Source: Paraspadella gotoi (lineage: Eukaryota; Animalia; Chaetognatha). From it: DNA of 64,000 bases. Under the pieces are notes generated by a model that was not told the origin of the DNA, did not search any database, and saw only the letters and a program-made list of their open reading frames with translations. The stretch is from the NCBI GenBank assembly GCA_051294375.1, contig JBJCIZ010000358.1, positions 18,146 through 82,145 of the forward strand. Reading direction: 5' to 3'. Position 1 is the first letter of the stretch. The number at the start of each line of letters is the position of its first letter. This document shows positions 25,993 to 37,000 of the stretch, in pieces. The position numbers and the translations under genes are program-made.

Positions 25993-27568
25993 AAAGAATA
26001 GAGACTCTCAAAAACTTCTTCAAAGCAAAACATCTTGTTAAGGTATAGTTGCCACTGTAAAACCATTGTCAGCAGAATATTGGAGTCCGGTATCAATAGA
26101 ATCTAAAATTTATTATAAAAAGACAGATGTTATCGAAAAAGAAAATAAAAACAACTAAATACGTTCTCAAAGATTTTCAAGAAGACTTCTCATTTGTGCG
26201 AGCCATACCGTGAGACGTATCCATGAATTTCAGTAACCAGTTGGAAGGTCTTTTCATCCTCTTGAATTCGCCGTATGCGAACGAAAAATTTGTTCAGGGA
26301 AAATTAATAAAACGAAGAAAAGATAACTGAAATCGCAAATTCCAATGCGGTAAACTATTCCTTTTCGGTTTTACCCCAAATCAGGATTCATTTTATTACA
26401 GGTCGATTTACGAAATTTTTTTAAGAAAGAGGAAAAAAATTATTTGTTTTGAACAGCGAAGCCACGAGACGGGTTGCGTAGTTTTTACGGGGCATATCTT
26501 TGTACAATACCATAGTAAAAACTATAACTATTGTGGACGACACCACACCGATGAAGTGGCCAGATATTATATATTCTCTCCCTCTTTGCCAACAATATAT
26601 CGTTCAAATTTTAAGGTCACACGGTAATTTTTTTATTATAAAAAGCGAGAGACTTTTGTATTTAACACTCTTGAATGTCGCCTAAAATCATGTCTCTAAT
26701 AAAACATTTTCCGTTTCTTCACTATTTTCTTTTATTATTTTCTTAGTTTTATATTTGAATCTTCCCAGATCTGTGCTAAAATTTTAATAACAATAATTTT
26801 TTCCTGAATGACGTGAAGGATAATTCTTTAAATCCTTTAATAATTTTCGATAATAATCATATCCATGGTATATCCTTTCGTTACGTTGTTGTATAGAGAT
26901 TTACAAAGAATTTTTGAATTGTTACAACCGATTTTATTATTAGAAATGCAGACATGTTTCGACTCTGAGATTTTGAATCTTCCTCAGCGCTTATTGACAG
27001 TATAATTGGAATAATGGAATAATTTGTGAGTTAAAGAAAGAGAGAGAGAGAGAGACAGAAAAGGTTAAAGTTTCCAACAAAGAATTGAGACAGATTAGTG
27101 GTCAGTGTAGAGGACAGATTTAGTTTAGGCAGATTGAATAAGTGGTGAAAGAAGTGAAATTTGGTGAAAGGTGAGAGAGAGAGAGAGAGAGAGAAAGAAA
27201 TAAACAATTAAATTTGAACAATCTAGCCTAAACTAAATCTGTCCTCGACACTGACCACTAATCTGTCTCAAATCTTTTCCAAAAAATATAAATTTTAAGA
27301 GTTACTAACTGTATGTACTAATAAATATTACTGTTGAGATAAGACAATGCAGATTTTAATTTATTTGCCAATATTTCAATTTATATTGAGAAATCATTTG
27401 TCCTTTAATCTCATTTGCATATTATAGTGCGGTTAAACTTTAAAACGTAAATATTCAATAATGCGCTTTACATTTAAAAAAAAAATAACTTCATATACAT
27501 ATTTAGGTACATGGAAGGTACAGGAATCACAGACAGGCAAGGCCTAACTCGGAAATCGATCCGGCCTA
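24855..27568. mobile_element. Non-autonomous hAT element (TAGG.CGGATC TIR, 8-bp TSD GTAAGCAC)
   Basis: gtaagcac|TAGGGCGGATC...GATCCGGCCTA|gtaagcac. The empty site is visible in the sister Kolobok-like copy near 21005. Confidence 0.85.
26945..26992 (-). ncRNA. Minimal type I hammerhead ribozyme, Penelope-like element type
   Basis: Minus strand GCG-CTGAGGA-A-GATTC-AAAATCTCA-GAGTC-GAAA-CATGTC-TGC: CUGANGA core, stem II, GAAA, palindromic ACAUGU stem III, GUC site, 3-bp stem I. Confidence 0.7.
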
Positions 27569-28842
27569 GTAAGCACATTTTTTAAAGATTTGTTTTTCAA
27601 TCTGGTGTTTAAAAATTCTAGGTAAGAAGTTAAAACACGGTATGGGATAGTTTAGAAGGGAGAAAATTAAACAATTAATCTCGTTACTAGTTGGTTTTCC
27701 AGTCAGAACAAATCTTCAGTTAAATAGATGGTAAAGAAATTCGAGCTACAATGAATCTACACTGAATTTGAAGAGTTGCAGCCTAAACGACTGCAATAAT
27801 ATTGATTAAAAATTTGATTAGAAATCTTAAAAACATTTTTAAAAATGTAATAGAGAGACATTTTGATAAACACGTTCCAGTTAGAAAGAATTCAGGGTTA
27901 AAGTTTAAAAACGTTTTTACTTTTCAAGATACAAGTTGAAATTTAAAAATGTTCTCTATTACATTTTCTACAATTCATAATAAAGAATTCATAAAAAATA
28001 TCAGATGGATTGGCCTTTTCGTTTGACCTGCAACTCTTTCAGATAGGTTCTTTTTATTATATTATAATTAAAACGATATAAAATGGAGTAGATGCATCAA
28101 ATGCTTAAAGTGAATACATTTTCGGAATCGCCAGGAGCTCAGCTTTCTGAATTTGTACTCCATTTTAGCCTATTTTGAAGTTGAATTGGAATGACCCTTT
28201 TTCTTGGAAAACTTAAAAAATAAAATAAAACATTTTTGTACTTTTTGGAAATATTAAAGAATTACTCGTGTTAAGCTATCCGAATATGTCATTAGTAAAA
28301 TTTTTCCGATTTTAACGTTCACTTCGATCATAGTGGGAGAGGGCCTTTTGCCAAAATAGCCTGTCCATAATCAGGAGCAAGATGCTTAATTATACGAATG
28401 GATTCTTTTTAATAATGGCTTTACAAATTTTATAAGAGAAGTTATTATTAATCTTGAACAAATTCTTTAACTTGTGCTAAATATTCAAATATATAATTAT
28501 ATTGAAGTAAAATTTTTTCTAATAAATAGCTTTAAAAGAACCCTAACCTTGTGTTAAATAATAACGAGAGAATATCAATTATTTATAATATGTAGCTCTT
28601 AACTTAATTTGCGATTCATGAAAATGACGATTGAGGATTAAGGAAAATGGTACAGAAGCCACCACGAAAGTGATACTGATATTAAACATGTAAAACATAG
28701 GTTTAGGGTTATTTTTTATCATTAAAATAAATATTATGCTTAATAAAAATGATAAATATTATATGACTTAAATTTTTGCTTTAACAATTTATTGTTTAAT
28801 ATTAAAGATTTAAGTAATTTTAAACAAAGTTTTTTGGGTGGG

Positions 28843-31107
28843 TTTTTAGTCGGATCTGCTTATCAGCAGATCCCGACTCTATAATTCACTTTGTCGGTCA
28901 GTCGGTCCGCCCCATCAATATTGTCGGGCACTAACTTATATCATGTCAGAACATCGAATTATGATAAATTATGCAAAAAAAATGATGTCCATCCGTCCGT
29001 CTGTCTGACTGTCCGTCCATCTGTCAATCCCACCTTAGCAATAAACACCGATTACTCGTGATTGGATGGATGGATTTGAATAAAATTTTGTGGGTGGGTA
29101 GGGAAGTGATATCGATAGATGTGGAATGATGGGAATATTGTAAATCTCAAGTTTTGCTTTAATCGGACCTCACATTGTGGAGAAATCTTAGGAAACCATC
29201 AAAATTCCTCCCTTTTTTCAACATTCTCACCTTTTAAGATTTTCGCCGATTCTGACTTCCTCTTACAAACTTATAATTCCGCTAGTTAATTTTTTTTTCT
29301 TAAACGAGCGAAGGGAATCCACAACTTTCTGTTATTTTATGATTTCTGGGTAAAAAATATAATAAATTATATTAACGTTGGGATATTATGAAAGTGTAAT
29401 ATCTTATGAAGCCTGTGAGACTTAAATAATTTAAAAAATTCGCTTATTTTATTATTGAAAATAACATCAAAGTGAAGAAGTTGAATGGCTTCCGGCTCCT
29501 TTCAGTAAACATCCCTGTTCTCTTCAATAAGATAAGTAAGTGACAAAAAAATTCACATTTTCTTTATCCAAAAAACTTTATAGTTTTACTAGAGTACAAT
29601 TTAGCCTTTTTTCTTTCAGAATCATTAAAAGAATTAAATTTTCATTTATTCTTATGGGGGTGTCATTAGTTTTAAAATTCATTTTAATTTTGACTTAGTT
29701 TGAACTCATCCTGTAAGGAGGTTTCAGCATAAGTAATTCTAAAATTGTATCTTGTATGTGCCCTATGATTATGGCTTCATTTTGGTACTATTGCCATCCC
29801 TTAAGCTTTATTCCTTCAAGATATTAGGAAAAATTAGTTTTTTCCTCAACCTTCCTTTTAATTTCTTTTTAAATAAAAATTTCGCGATTCAAACGCGACT
29901 ATTTCATTTAAACCTGATCATTTTTGTGCAAAATCAGTATAAAATGAAAAAAGAAAAATAGGACAAGCCTCTTCAGACACAAAGCTATCAGAATCGCAAA
30001 ATTCGAAGTCGCTCATGTAACAGGAACATATAGCAATCCGGTTTGCAATTTAAGTTTGTAAACTTCCATTTCATTTCTATAGTAAAAATGAGGTTTGAAA
30101 ATTCTCCGGAGATGAGTAGTGCATTTCCCTGGCTTGTTTGATATTAAATCCTTTATCAAATGCCATAAAACGAATAGGACAAGCTCTTTAGATATAACGC
30201 TTTCGAATCGTGCGTTTTTACAAGTTTTTTTAACCAAATTTCTGGCAAACGCGTTTGCAATTTGGGTAGTCAGATTTGAACGGAATTCTCTATTAGAAAA
30301 ATGTTGAATTTTTTTTTAAGCGAGATTCTCGTCTAAATAACTAACTTTTATGAAGCTTGTGAAAAACCTTATTAAATATTTTTTTAAATTAATCAGGGTT
30401 GACATTAAAAAACCACCTAAAAAAAAACAAAATAAAAAAACCACTAAAAGTATTTTTTTTATATGCAAGTTGAAAAAATGATGCAAGGTGAAAAAATCTT
30501 CAAAGCATAAGGATCGTTGCAATTGCAGAGAGAGAGAGATAAAAACGAAATAAAAACATGATGTTGCGATAGCAAAATGATAACATGCACAAATGCTATG
30601 CTTAATTTTACGAGTTCAATCCTAATTCAATTTTTTTTTAAATAAAAACGCAGAGAGAGAGAGAACGTCAGCAGCAGAGGTAGCCAGAAAAAAATAAAGA
30701 AATCAAAAGTCAGCAGTAGAAGCAGCTGGAGAAAAGAGAGAAAAAGAAAGCCCCTGCAGAGCCAGCTGCAGACTCGTTTTTTTTCCGATGAATCAGCACT
30801 AAAAATGATCATAAAAATAGCGCAAGTTGAAAAAATGATGGGAATTGTAAAAATGATGCAAATTGAAAAAAATGATGTGAATAAAAATCGTTTGGTAATT
30901 AAAATATTTACTAAGATTGTGATCTAAGTTTTTTAAAAAGGTATATAAAACACTAAGTGTTCAACTAATTAAAAATCGAATCGTTTTTTGAGGATTTAAA
31001 AAAAATTGTAATTTATCATCTGATTAGCTGATTACCTACTATTTTCTTTTTTTTTCAACCGCTTAATTATTGTAGGCAGATCCGACATTGTTTGCTCAAA
31101 CTTGTTT
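28843..31107 (+). mobile_element. HINE/DINE-like element with both ends, carrying a captured ~1.35 kb segment
   Basis: 5' palindrome at 28848, minisatellite at 30461-30500 and 30820-30880, 3' subTIR/hairpin ending 31107. The internal 29109-30460 duplicates 32659-34010. Confidence 0.75.
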
Positions 31108-31336
31108 AATGCCAACTCTGCTGAGGAAACGAGCCTAACGCTACCTTAATATCCCTTAGGCCTGATACGCCTGCCGACGGTTTCAATTTAATAAAGTTAA
31201 ATAAAAAAAAAATATTTTTAAGATTTAAATTCGAGGTTATTTGCTTAAATATCTGTTCTAGAAAATATAGAAGAATCAGTAGACAATGTTAGAGATGAAA
31301 ACTTTGTATTAATCCTTTCTTTTGTTGTTTGTTGAG

Positions 31337-31886
31337 ATTAATTAAAAACGAAAATTTTCGTGGAACAACAATAAAGTTTTTTATTAACTTTGGACATGTT
31401 TCGGCTTACAACTCAAGCCTTCATCAGCATTTGAAATCACAAATAATTTATTTCACAAACATTGAGAGAGGGGGAGAGTTCCAACAAAGAATTTTCTAAA
31501 GGAAAGTGGTCAGATGTGAGGACAGGTGAAGATGAGGACAGGGATGAAAAGGAGAGTGAATGTGAAATTGGTGAAAAGGGAGAGAGAGAGGGAGAGAGAC
31601 ACACAGAGAGAGAGAAATAATAGTATACATTAGGCAATGTACAACAAAGATAAATAGTATTATAAACTAGACATAACAAAGATTGAAATAAATTAAATTA
31701 GGCTGTTTGTGCATTTTTGAAATATTGAAAATGAAATGGAAAAGGATAGTTTGTGAGGGATAGTTAAGATAAAGAGGTAAGAGAAAAATAAGTAAAAGAA
31801 AGAGCTCAAAATGAGTTGTAAGCCGAAACATGTCCAAAGTTAATAAAAAACTTTGTTGTTCCACGAAAATTTTCGTTTTTAATTAA
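31337..31886. mobile_element. Penelope-like non-autonomous remnant with ~75-bp inverted pLTR arms
   Basis: 31337-31414 is the inverted copy of 31812-31886 and overlaps a hammerhead motif. The interior resembles 27050-27200, which also follows a hammerhead. Confidence 0.6.
31388..31432 (-). ncRNA. Minimal type I hammerhead ribozyme, Penelope-like element type
   Basis: Minus strand TG-CTGATGA-A-GGCTT-GAGTTGT-AAGCC-GAAA-CATGTC-CA: intact core, perfect 5-bp stem II, weak stem I. Confidence 0.75.
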
Positions 31887-31935
31887 GAGATAAAAACTAT
31901 TATTGCTCAACTTTTTCATTTTTTCTGTTGTTCAG

Positions 31936-32037
31936 GAATCCGTTAAACTCGAGTTCGAAGTTCGGTTCTCATTGGGCGACGCATCGTACTTGGATTCCGG
32001 CGAGACTCTCCCTTTGCCATCGCAAATTTTCTTTTGA
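31936..32037 (+). CDS. GGA: GGA-family adaptor, last coding exon
   Basis: ttcag|GAA TCC... encodes ESVKLEFEVRFSLGDASYLDSGETLPLPSQIFF*, aligning with the GGA C-terminus EKVRLRYKLTFTMGDQTYNEMGDVDQFPP. It joins the 19518 donor in phase 0 (12.4 kb intron). Confidence 0.85.
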   Translation, partial: ESVKLEFEVRFSLGDASYLDSGETLPLPSQIFF

Positions 32038-32391
32038 TCCTATTTTCTATCGCGACTTTTTTCATTTTTTCAATTATTATTCTGGTGGTGATTTCTTCTT
32101 ATTGTTAACTTTATTATCCACGTACAATTTTTGTTTTTTACAAAACAAGGGAAAAAAATCTTTCTGTGATTCTTATTTTTTAAAAAGGTATTGAAGTGTT
32201 CACTATAGTCACACGGAATTCAATTTCAGCACACTGTCATTTGATAGTTTAAAAACTGCATACCACATACTTAGCATTCTGTTCGGTCGGCATAGAACGG
32301 AAAATTAAATCTAAGCCTAAACTAAGGTTTCTTTTTAAATTCATAGTCTTGAAAAAAGAAAAAAAAATTAAAATTCAATTTAGAACTAAAT

Positions 32392-32517
32392 ATGGAAAAT
32401 TTGACGACGGAGATTCTTCGAAGATTGGAGATTGCAGGGACTTTAAATTCGTTGACGCTTTCGAAGGAATTGGAGCAAGATCATCAGAAAATCGTCGGGG
32501 CTATCAAGAGTCTTCAG
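32392..32517 (+). CDS. FARSA: Phenylalanyl-tRNA synthetase alpha subunit (cytoplasmic), coding exon 1
   Basis: MENLTTEILRRLEIAGTLNSLTLSKELEQDHQKIVGAIKSLQ matches the FARSA N-terminus (LLRRLE...LDS..LA.ELG.EHQ.VVGAVKSLQ); donor CAG|gtttgt, phase 0. Confidence 0.93.
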
Positions 32518-32608
32518 GTTTGTTGCTCACCTTATCCTCGACGAGATTTAATGAAGTTTTTTATCCAACGTCAACCATGTTATTGACCTTAAAATTCAAG
32601 CAATAACT

Positions 32609-33885
32609 TAGGAAGTCGCTATAGAAAAAGAAGCCAGTGACTTTTTTCTTATATTTTTATATCGATAGATGTGGAATGATGGGAATATTGTAAATCTCAA
32701 GTTTTGCTTTAATCGGACCTCACATTGTGGAGAAATCTTAGGAAACCCATCAAAATTCCTCCCCTTTTTTTCAACATTCTCGACCTTTTAAGATTTTCGC
32801 CGATTCTGACTTCCTCTTACAAACTTATAATTCCGCTAGTTAATTTTTTTTTCTTAAACGAGCGAAGGGAATCCACAACTTTCTGTTATTTTATGATTTC
32901 TGGGTAAAAAATATAATAAATTATATTAACGTTGGGATATTATGAAAGTGTAATATCTTATGAAGCCTGTGAGACTTAAATAATTAAAAAATTCGCTTAT
33001 TTTATTATTGAAAAATAACATCAAAGTGAAGAAGTTGAATGGCTTCCGGCTCCTTTCAGTAAACATCCCTGTTCTCTTCAATAAGATAAGTAAGTGACAA
33101 AAAATTCACATTTTCTTTATCCAAAAAACTTTATAGTTTTACTAGAGTACAATTTAGCCTTTTTTCTTTCAGAATCATTAAAAGAATTAAATTTTCATTT
33201 ATTCTTATGGGGGTGTCATTAGTTTTAAAATTCATTTTAATTTTGACTTAGTTTGACACTCATCCTGTAAGGAGGTTTCAGCATAAGTAATTCTAAAATT
33301 GTATCTTGTATGTGCCCTATGATTATGGCTTCATTTTGGTACTATTGCCATCCCTTAAGCTTTATTCCTTCAAAAGATATTAGGAAAAATTAGTTTTTTT
33401 CTCAACCTTCCTTTTAATTTCTTTTTAAATAAAAATTTCGCGATTCAAACCGGACTATTTCATTTAAACCTGATCATTTTTGTCAAAATCAGTATAAAAT
33501 GAAAAAAGAAAAAATAGGACAAGCTCTTCAGACACAAAGCTATCAGAATCGCAAAATTCGAAGTCGCTCATGTAACAGGAACATATAGCAATCCCGTTTG
33601 CAATTTTAAGTTTGTAAACTTTCCCTTTCATTTCTAAGTAAAAAGAGGTTGAAATTCTCCGGAGATGAGTATGCATTTCCCTGGCTTGTTGATATTAAAT
33701 CCTTATCAAATGCCATAAAACGAATAGGACAAGCTCTTTAGATATAACGCTCTCGGAATCGTGCGTTTTTACAAGTGTTTTTTAACCAAATTTCTGGCAA
33801 ACGCGTTTGCAATTTGGGTAGTCAGATTTGAACGGAATTCTCTATTAGAAAAATGTTGAATTTTTTTTTGCGAGATTCTCGTCTA
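32609..33885 (+). mobile_element. Family A hATw-like element, 7-bp TSD AATAACT
   Basis: aataact|TAGGAAGTCGC...GATTCTCGTCTA|aataact. Confidence 0.85.
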
Positions 33886-34002
33886 AATAACTAACTTTTT
33901 ATGAAGCTTGTGAAAAACCTTATTAAATATATTTTTAAATTAATCAGGGTTGACATTAAAAAACCCACCTAAAAAAAAACAAAATAAAAAAACCACTAAA
34001 AG

Positions 34003-37000
34003 TATTTTTTAGTCGGATCTGCTTATCAGCAGATCCCGACTCTATAATTCACTTTGTCGGTCCGTCGGTCCGCCCCCTCAATATTGTTGGGCAGTCACTT
34101 ATATCATGTCAGAACATCCAATTATGATAAATTATGCAAAAAAAACGATGTCCGTCCATCTGTCCGTCTCTGTCCATTCGTCCGTCCCACCTTAGCAAAA
34201 AACACCAATACTCGTTGATTGGATGGGCGAAGTTTAAATGAAATTTTGTTGGTGGATAGGTAAGTGTTGAATGAGCTGTATATAAGTTTCGATGGAATCG
34301 TGCGATCGGATGAGGAAATGAGTTAAATGGAAAAACAAAAAAATTAATGTCACTATTTGAACACCAATTGCTCATGAGTGGATGGGCTGGAATTGACCTG
34401 GAATTTTGTATTGTGGGTAGGAGAGTGTGTGATTGAGCTGGAAATCAGTTTTCGATGGAATCGTTTGAGTGGAAATGAGTTTAAATGGAAAAAAAATAAA
34501 CAAAAACCTGTTTCACTAATTGATTAATGCTTCTATAAATCCAATAATTAATCAGTTAATTAATCAATTAGTCAATTAATCAATAATTAATAATCAGTCA
34601 ATCAATCCGTCCCACCTTAGTAAAAAGCTCCATAACTCGTGATTGGCTGTTGAATGGAATGAAAATTAGTTCTATCGTTTTTTTTGGTTTTAGACGTTTT
34701 TAATTCTCTAAGTAAAGAGTCGTCTTGCTGGGTTTTTTACGTTATTAATCTTTATTACATTAAGAAAAGTCGTTTTATCGTTGTTATGTCCGTCTTTACA
34801 ACCTGGAAAAATCGTCCTGTGCCCGGGGTTTTTCTAATGTAGTGTTGTGAGGTAGGTCGTTAATTTAATTTGATGTAACTAATGCCGGGTTAGACAATAA
34901 TAAGAGTATTTCAATGTGGGATTAATGTACTGTTTAAACGTTGATGTGGATTGACCGATGAAGTAGATAAGAAAAGAGTTCAAGAATATGAGTCATCTTA
35001 TGTTACTTAATCCTTAACTTTATGTTTATTAATATACTCGCATATAGTAATTGAGCAATTTAATTCTTTTTGTTGATCGTCCGGAAAGCGCTTTCCTTGT
35101 AAAGTATATACCTTGGTTAGAAAGTAACAACGTTCGGTGACTAACTGTGTAGAAGAAGCCAAGAATACTAAAGTTTGTAGCAGGAAATTGTTGCAGAGTG
35201 GAAAAAATGACGAGGACTTTCAGAAATGGAAATATACTCAAAAATCATACAATGCATATAGTCATTCATCTAATACACATGGAGTCATATCAACTTAATA
35301 TCCCTTAGATGTCTCGTCGAAGATAATTCTTCGCTTTATAGGAAAAGAGAGAAAAAGAAAGATTAAAATGTTGAAGTTATATTACCTAATCTCTGGAATG
35401 ATATAAAATCTTTGACAGGTTTGCATCCGCTCTAGGACAGAGGAGCTTAGGCTCAGTAACGATAAATATTGTCGCAAACTTCAGCTTTTTTTTTAAAATT
35501 CGCGCACGCTTTGGAAGTTTGTTAAGTTCAAATTTTTGAGAAAATTGGATAACTTTTGTATATTTGCCAAAGAATATTAGACTCAATTCAAAACATCTAT
35601 ATGTGCTCATATACATAGTCAGTAAAACCAAATGAACTTTAATTTAAGGACCTCCTCCCAACTTTCTCCTAAAACTTTAATATGGTTAAAAAGTTTATTT
35701 AATCAATATAAATACTGTTATTTATAGTGTTTTCTTTAAAAACGTAATGAATAGAGATTAGGAGCGTGATATATTGAGAATCATAATAGGACTTATTCTA
35801 AAAACTGAGGATCCCAATCGAGTTATTCATAATTAGATTCAGCTCCTTCTTTTCTCAATTAATTCATAAATAAAATTTTTCTTGCAAGCTTAATTAATAC
35901 TATGAATATCATCGAGGGTCCGCCACACAAAAAATTTAAAGAAAACACTACTAAACATTAATAATGTTTTGAACTTAACTTTACCATAATGAAATTCTTA
36001 TATAATTTTTCTTACACTATATATGGAGGATCTTCCTATGTAATCTAACTCAGAAGAATGTGCACCGGTCATTTTGAGCCTCCATGTGCTCGTAACTCTT
36101 TACAGATAAACTATCCTTATTGATGCTGATAACTACTCTCCACACAAAGCAAAGCACCCGAGAATATCATATTAAAAAACGAACTAATTTTTAATGATTA
36201 TTTAGTCTCATATGCTCGGTGAATATAAGTACCACTCTATTTTAAATGTCAAAGATGATTTTTATTCGGCAGATTAAGAATTGATATATCCTGTCACTAA
36301 GATACCAGTCATACCATTAGCCTCAACGTGATTTTATTTTCTACCAATGCCATAATCTTTTAACTCATTGGAGACTTAATTACTGTGCCAAGACCAATGT
36401 CTTTACCATAATTAACATTCATTAGTTCTGTCGAGTGCTACAGCAAACATATAGTGTTACATAAAACAGGTACAATAAAAATTCCGATAAAAAATCTGTA
36501 AGCCAAAAGACTTAGAAATGTAATTTATTAGGCTTTTACAAAATTTGTTCTCATAAAGATATATTAAAAATGATAATGCAAGGCACAGATAATACAAATA
36601 AAAAAAAATATATATACTCTAAAATTAAATAAGATTGAAGTAAAAATATATATTTATTATCTAGTCTAATTTTATCATCTCGCGATGTGAAATAAATACT
36701 ATGCAGCTGCGTTATTATATAAGACATCGTAGAGGTCAGTTAGGTATATAGGTCTCAGTAGGTGAGGTAATGGTATATTGGGTGCTTCGGTGTGTGGAAT
36801 AGATTGGTTTTTTGGTTCCATAACTTTATTCAACGTTGTCTGTGATGTCTTATATAGTACAGTTATCAAATAGAAATTAGTTAATCGAACATGGGTTGTA
36901 TAATTAAGCAGCTGTCTGGAAGCTTGGCAATCCGTCCTACATATTACATGTCGTAATAACAAAATACGGAATACGTAAATACGTATCCATCCATATAAGT

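Larger units (their letters stand above)
24669..28203 (+). mobile_element. Kolobok-like element copy 2, interrupted by a hAT insertion
   Basis: TTAA|GAGGAAAGGTCATTC...GAATGACCCTTTTTC; equals the reverse complement of 20372-21187 once 24855-27576 is removed. Confidence 0.7.

Noticed and set aside
26203-26330. Possible minus-strand exon splicing to a segment near 14330-14455
   Set aside because: No recognisable protein. The segment lies within a hAT insertion and antisense to the GGA intron, and the splice sites could be chance.
20372-28203. One large foldback element
   Set aside because: Each arm has its own TIRs and TTAA boundary, so these are two separate inverted copies of a small element.
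31108-31190. GC-rich stem-loop (GCCTAA/TTAGGC) with CTGAGGA and GAAAC words
   Set aside because: The order of motifs does not give a hammerhead or HDV-like fold; single copy in the window.
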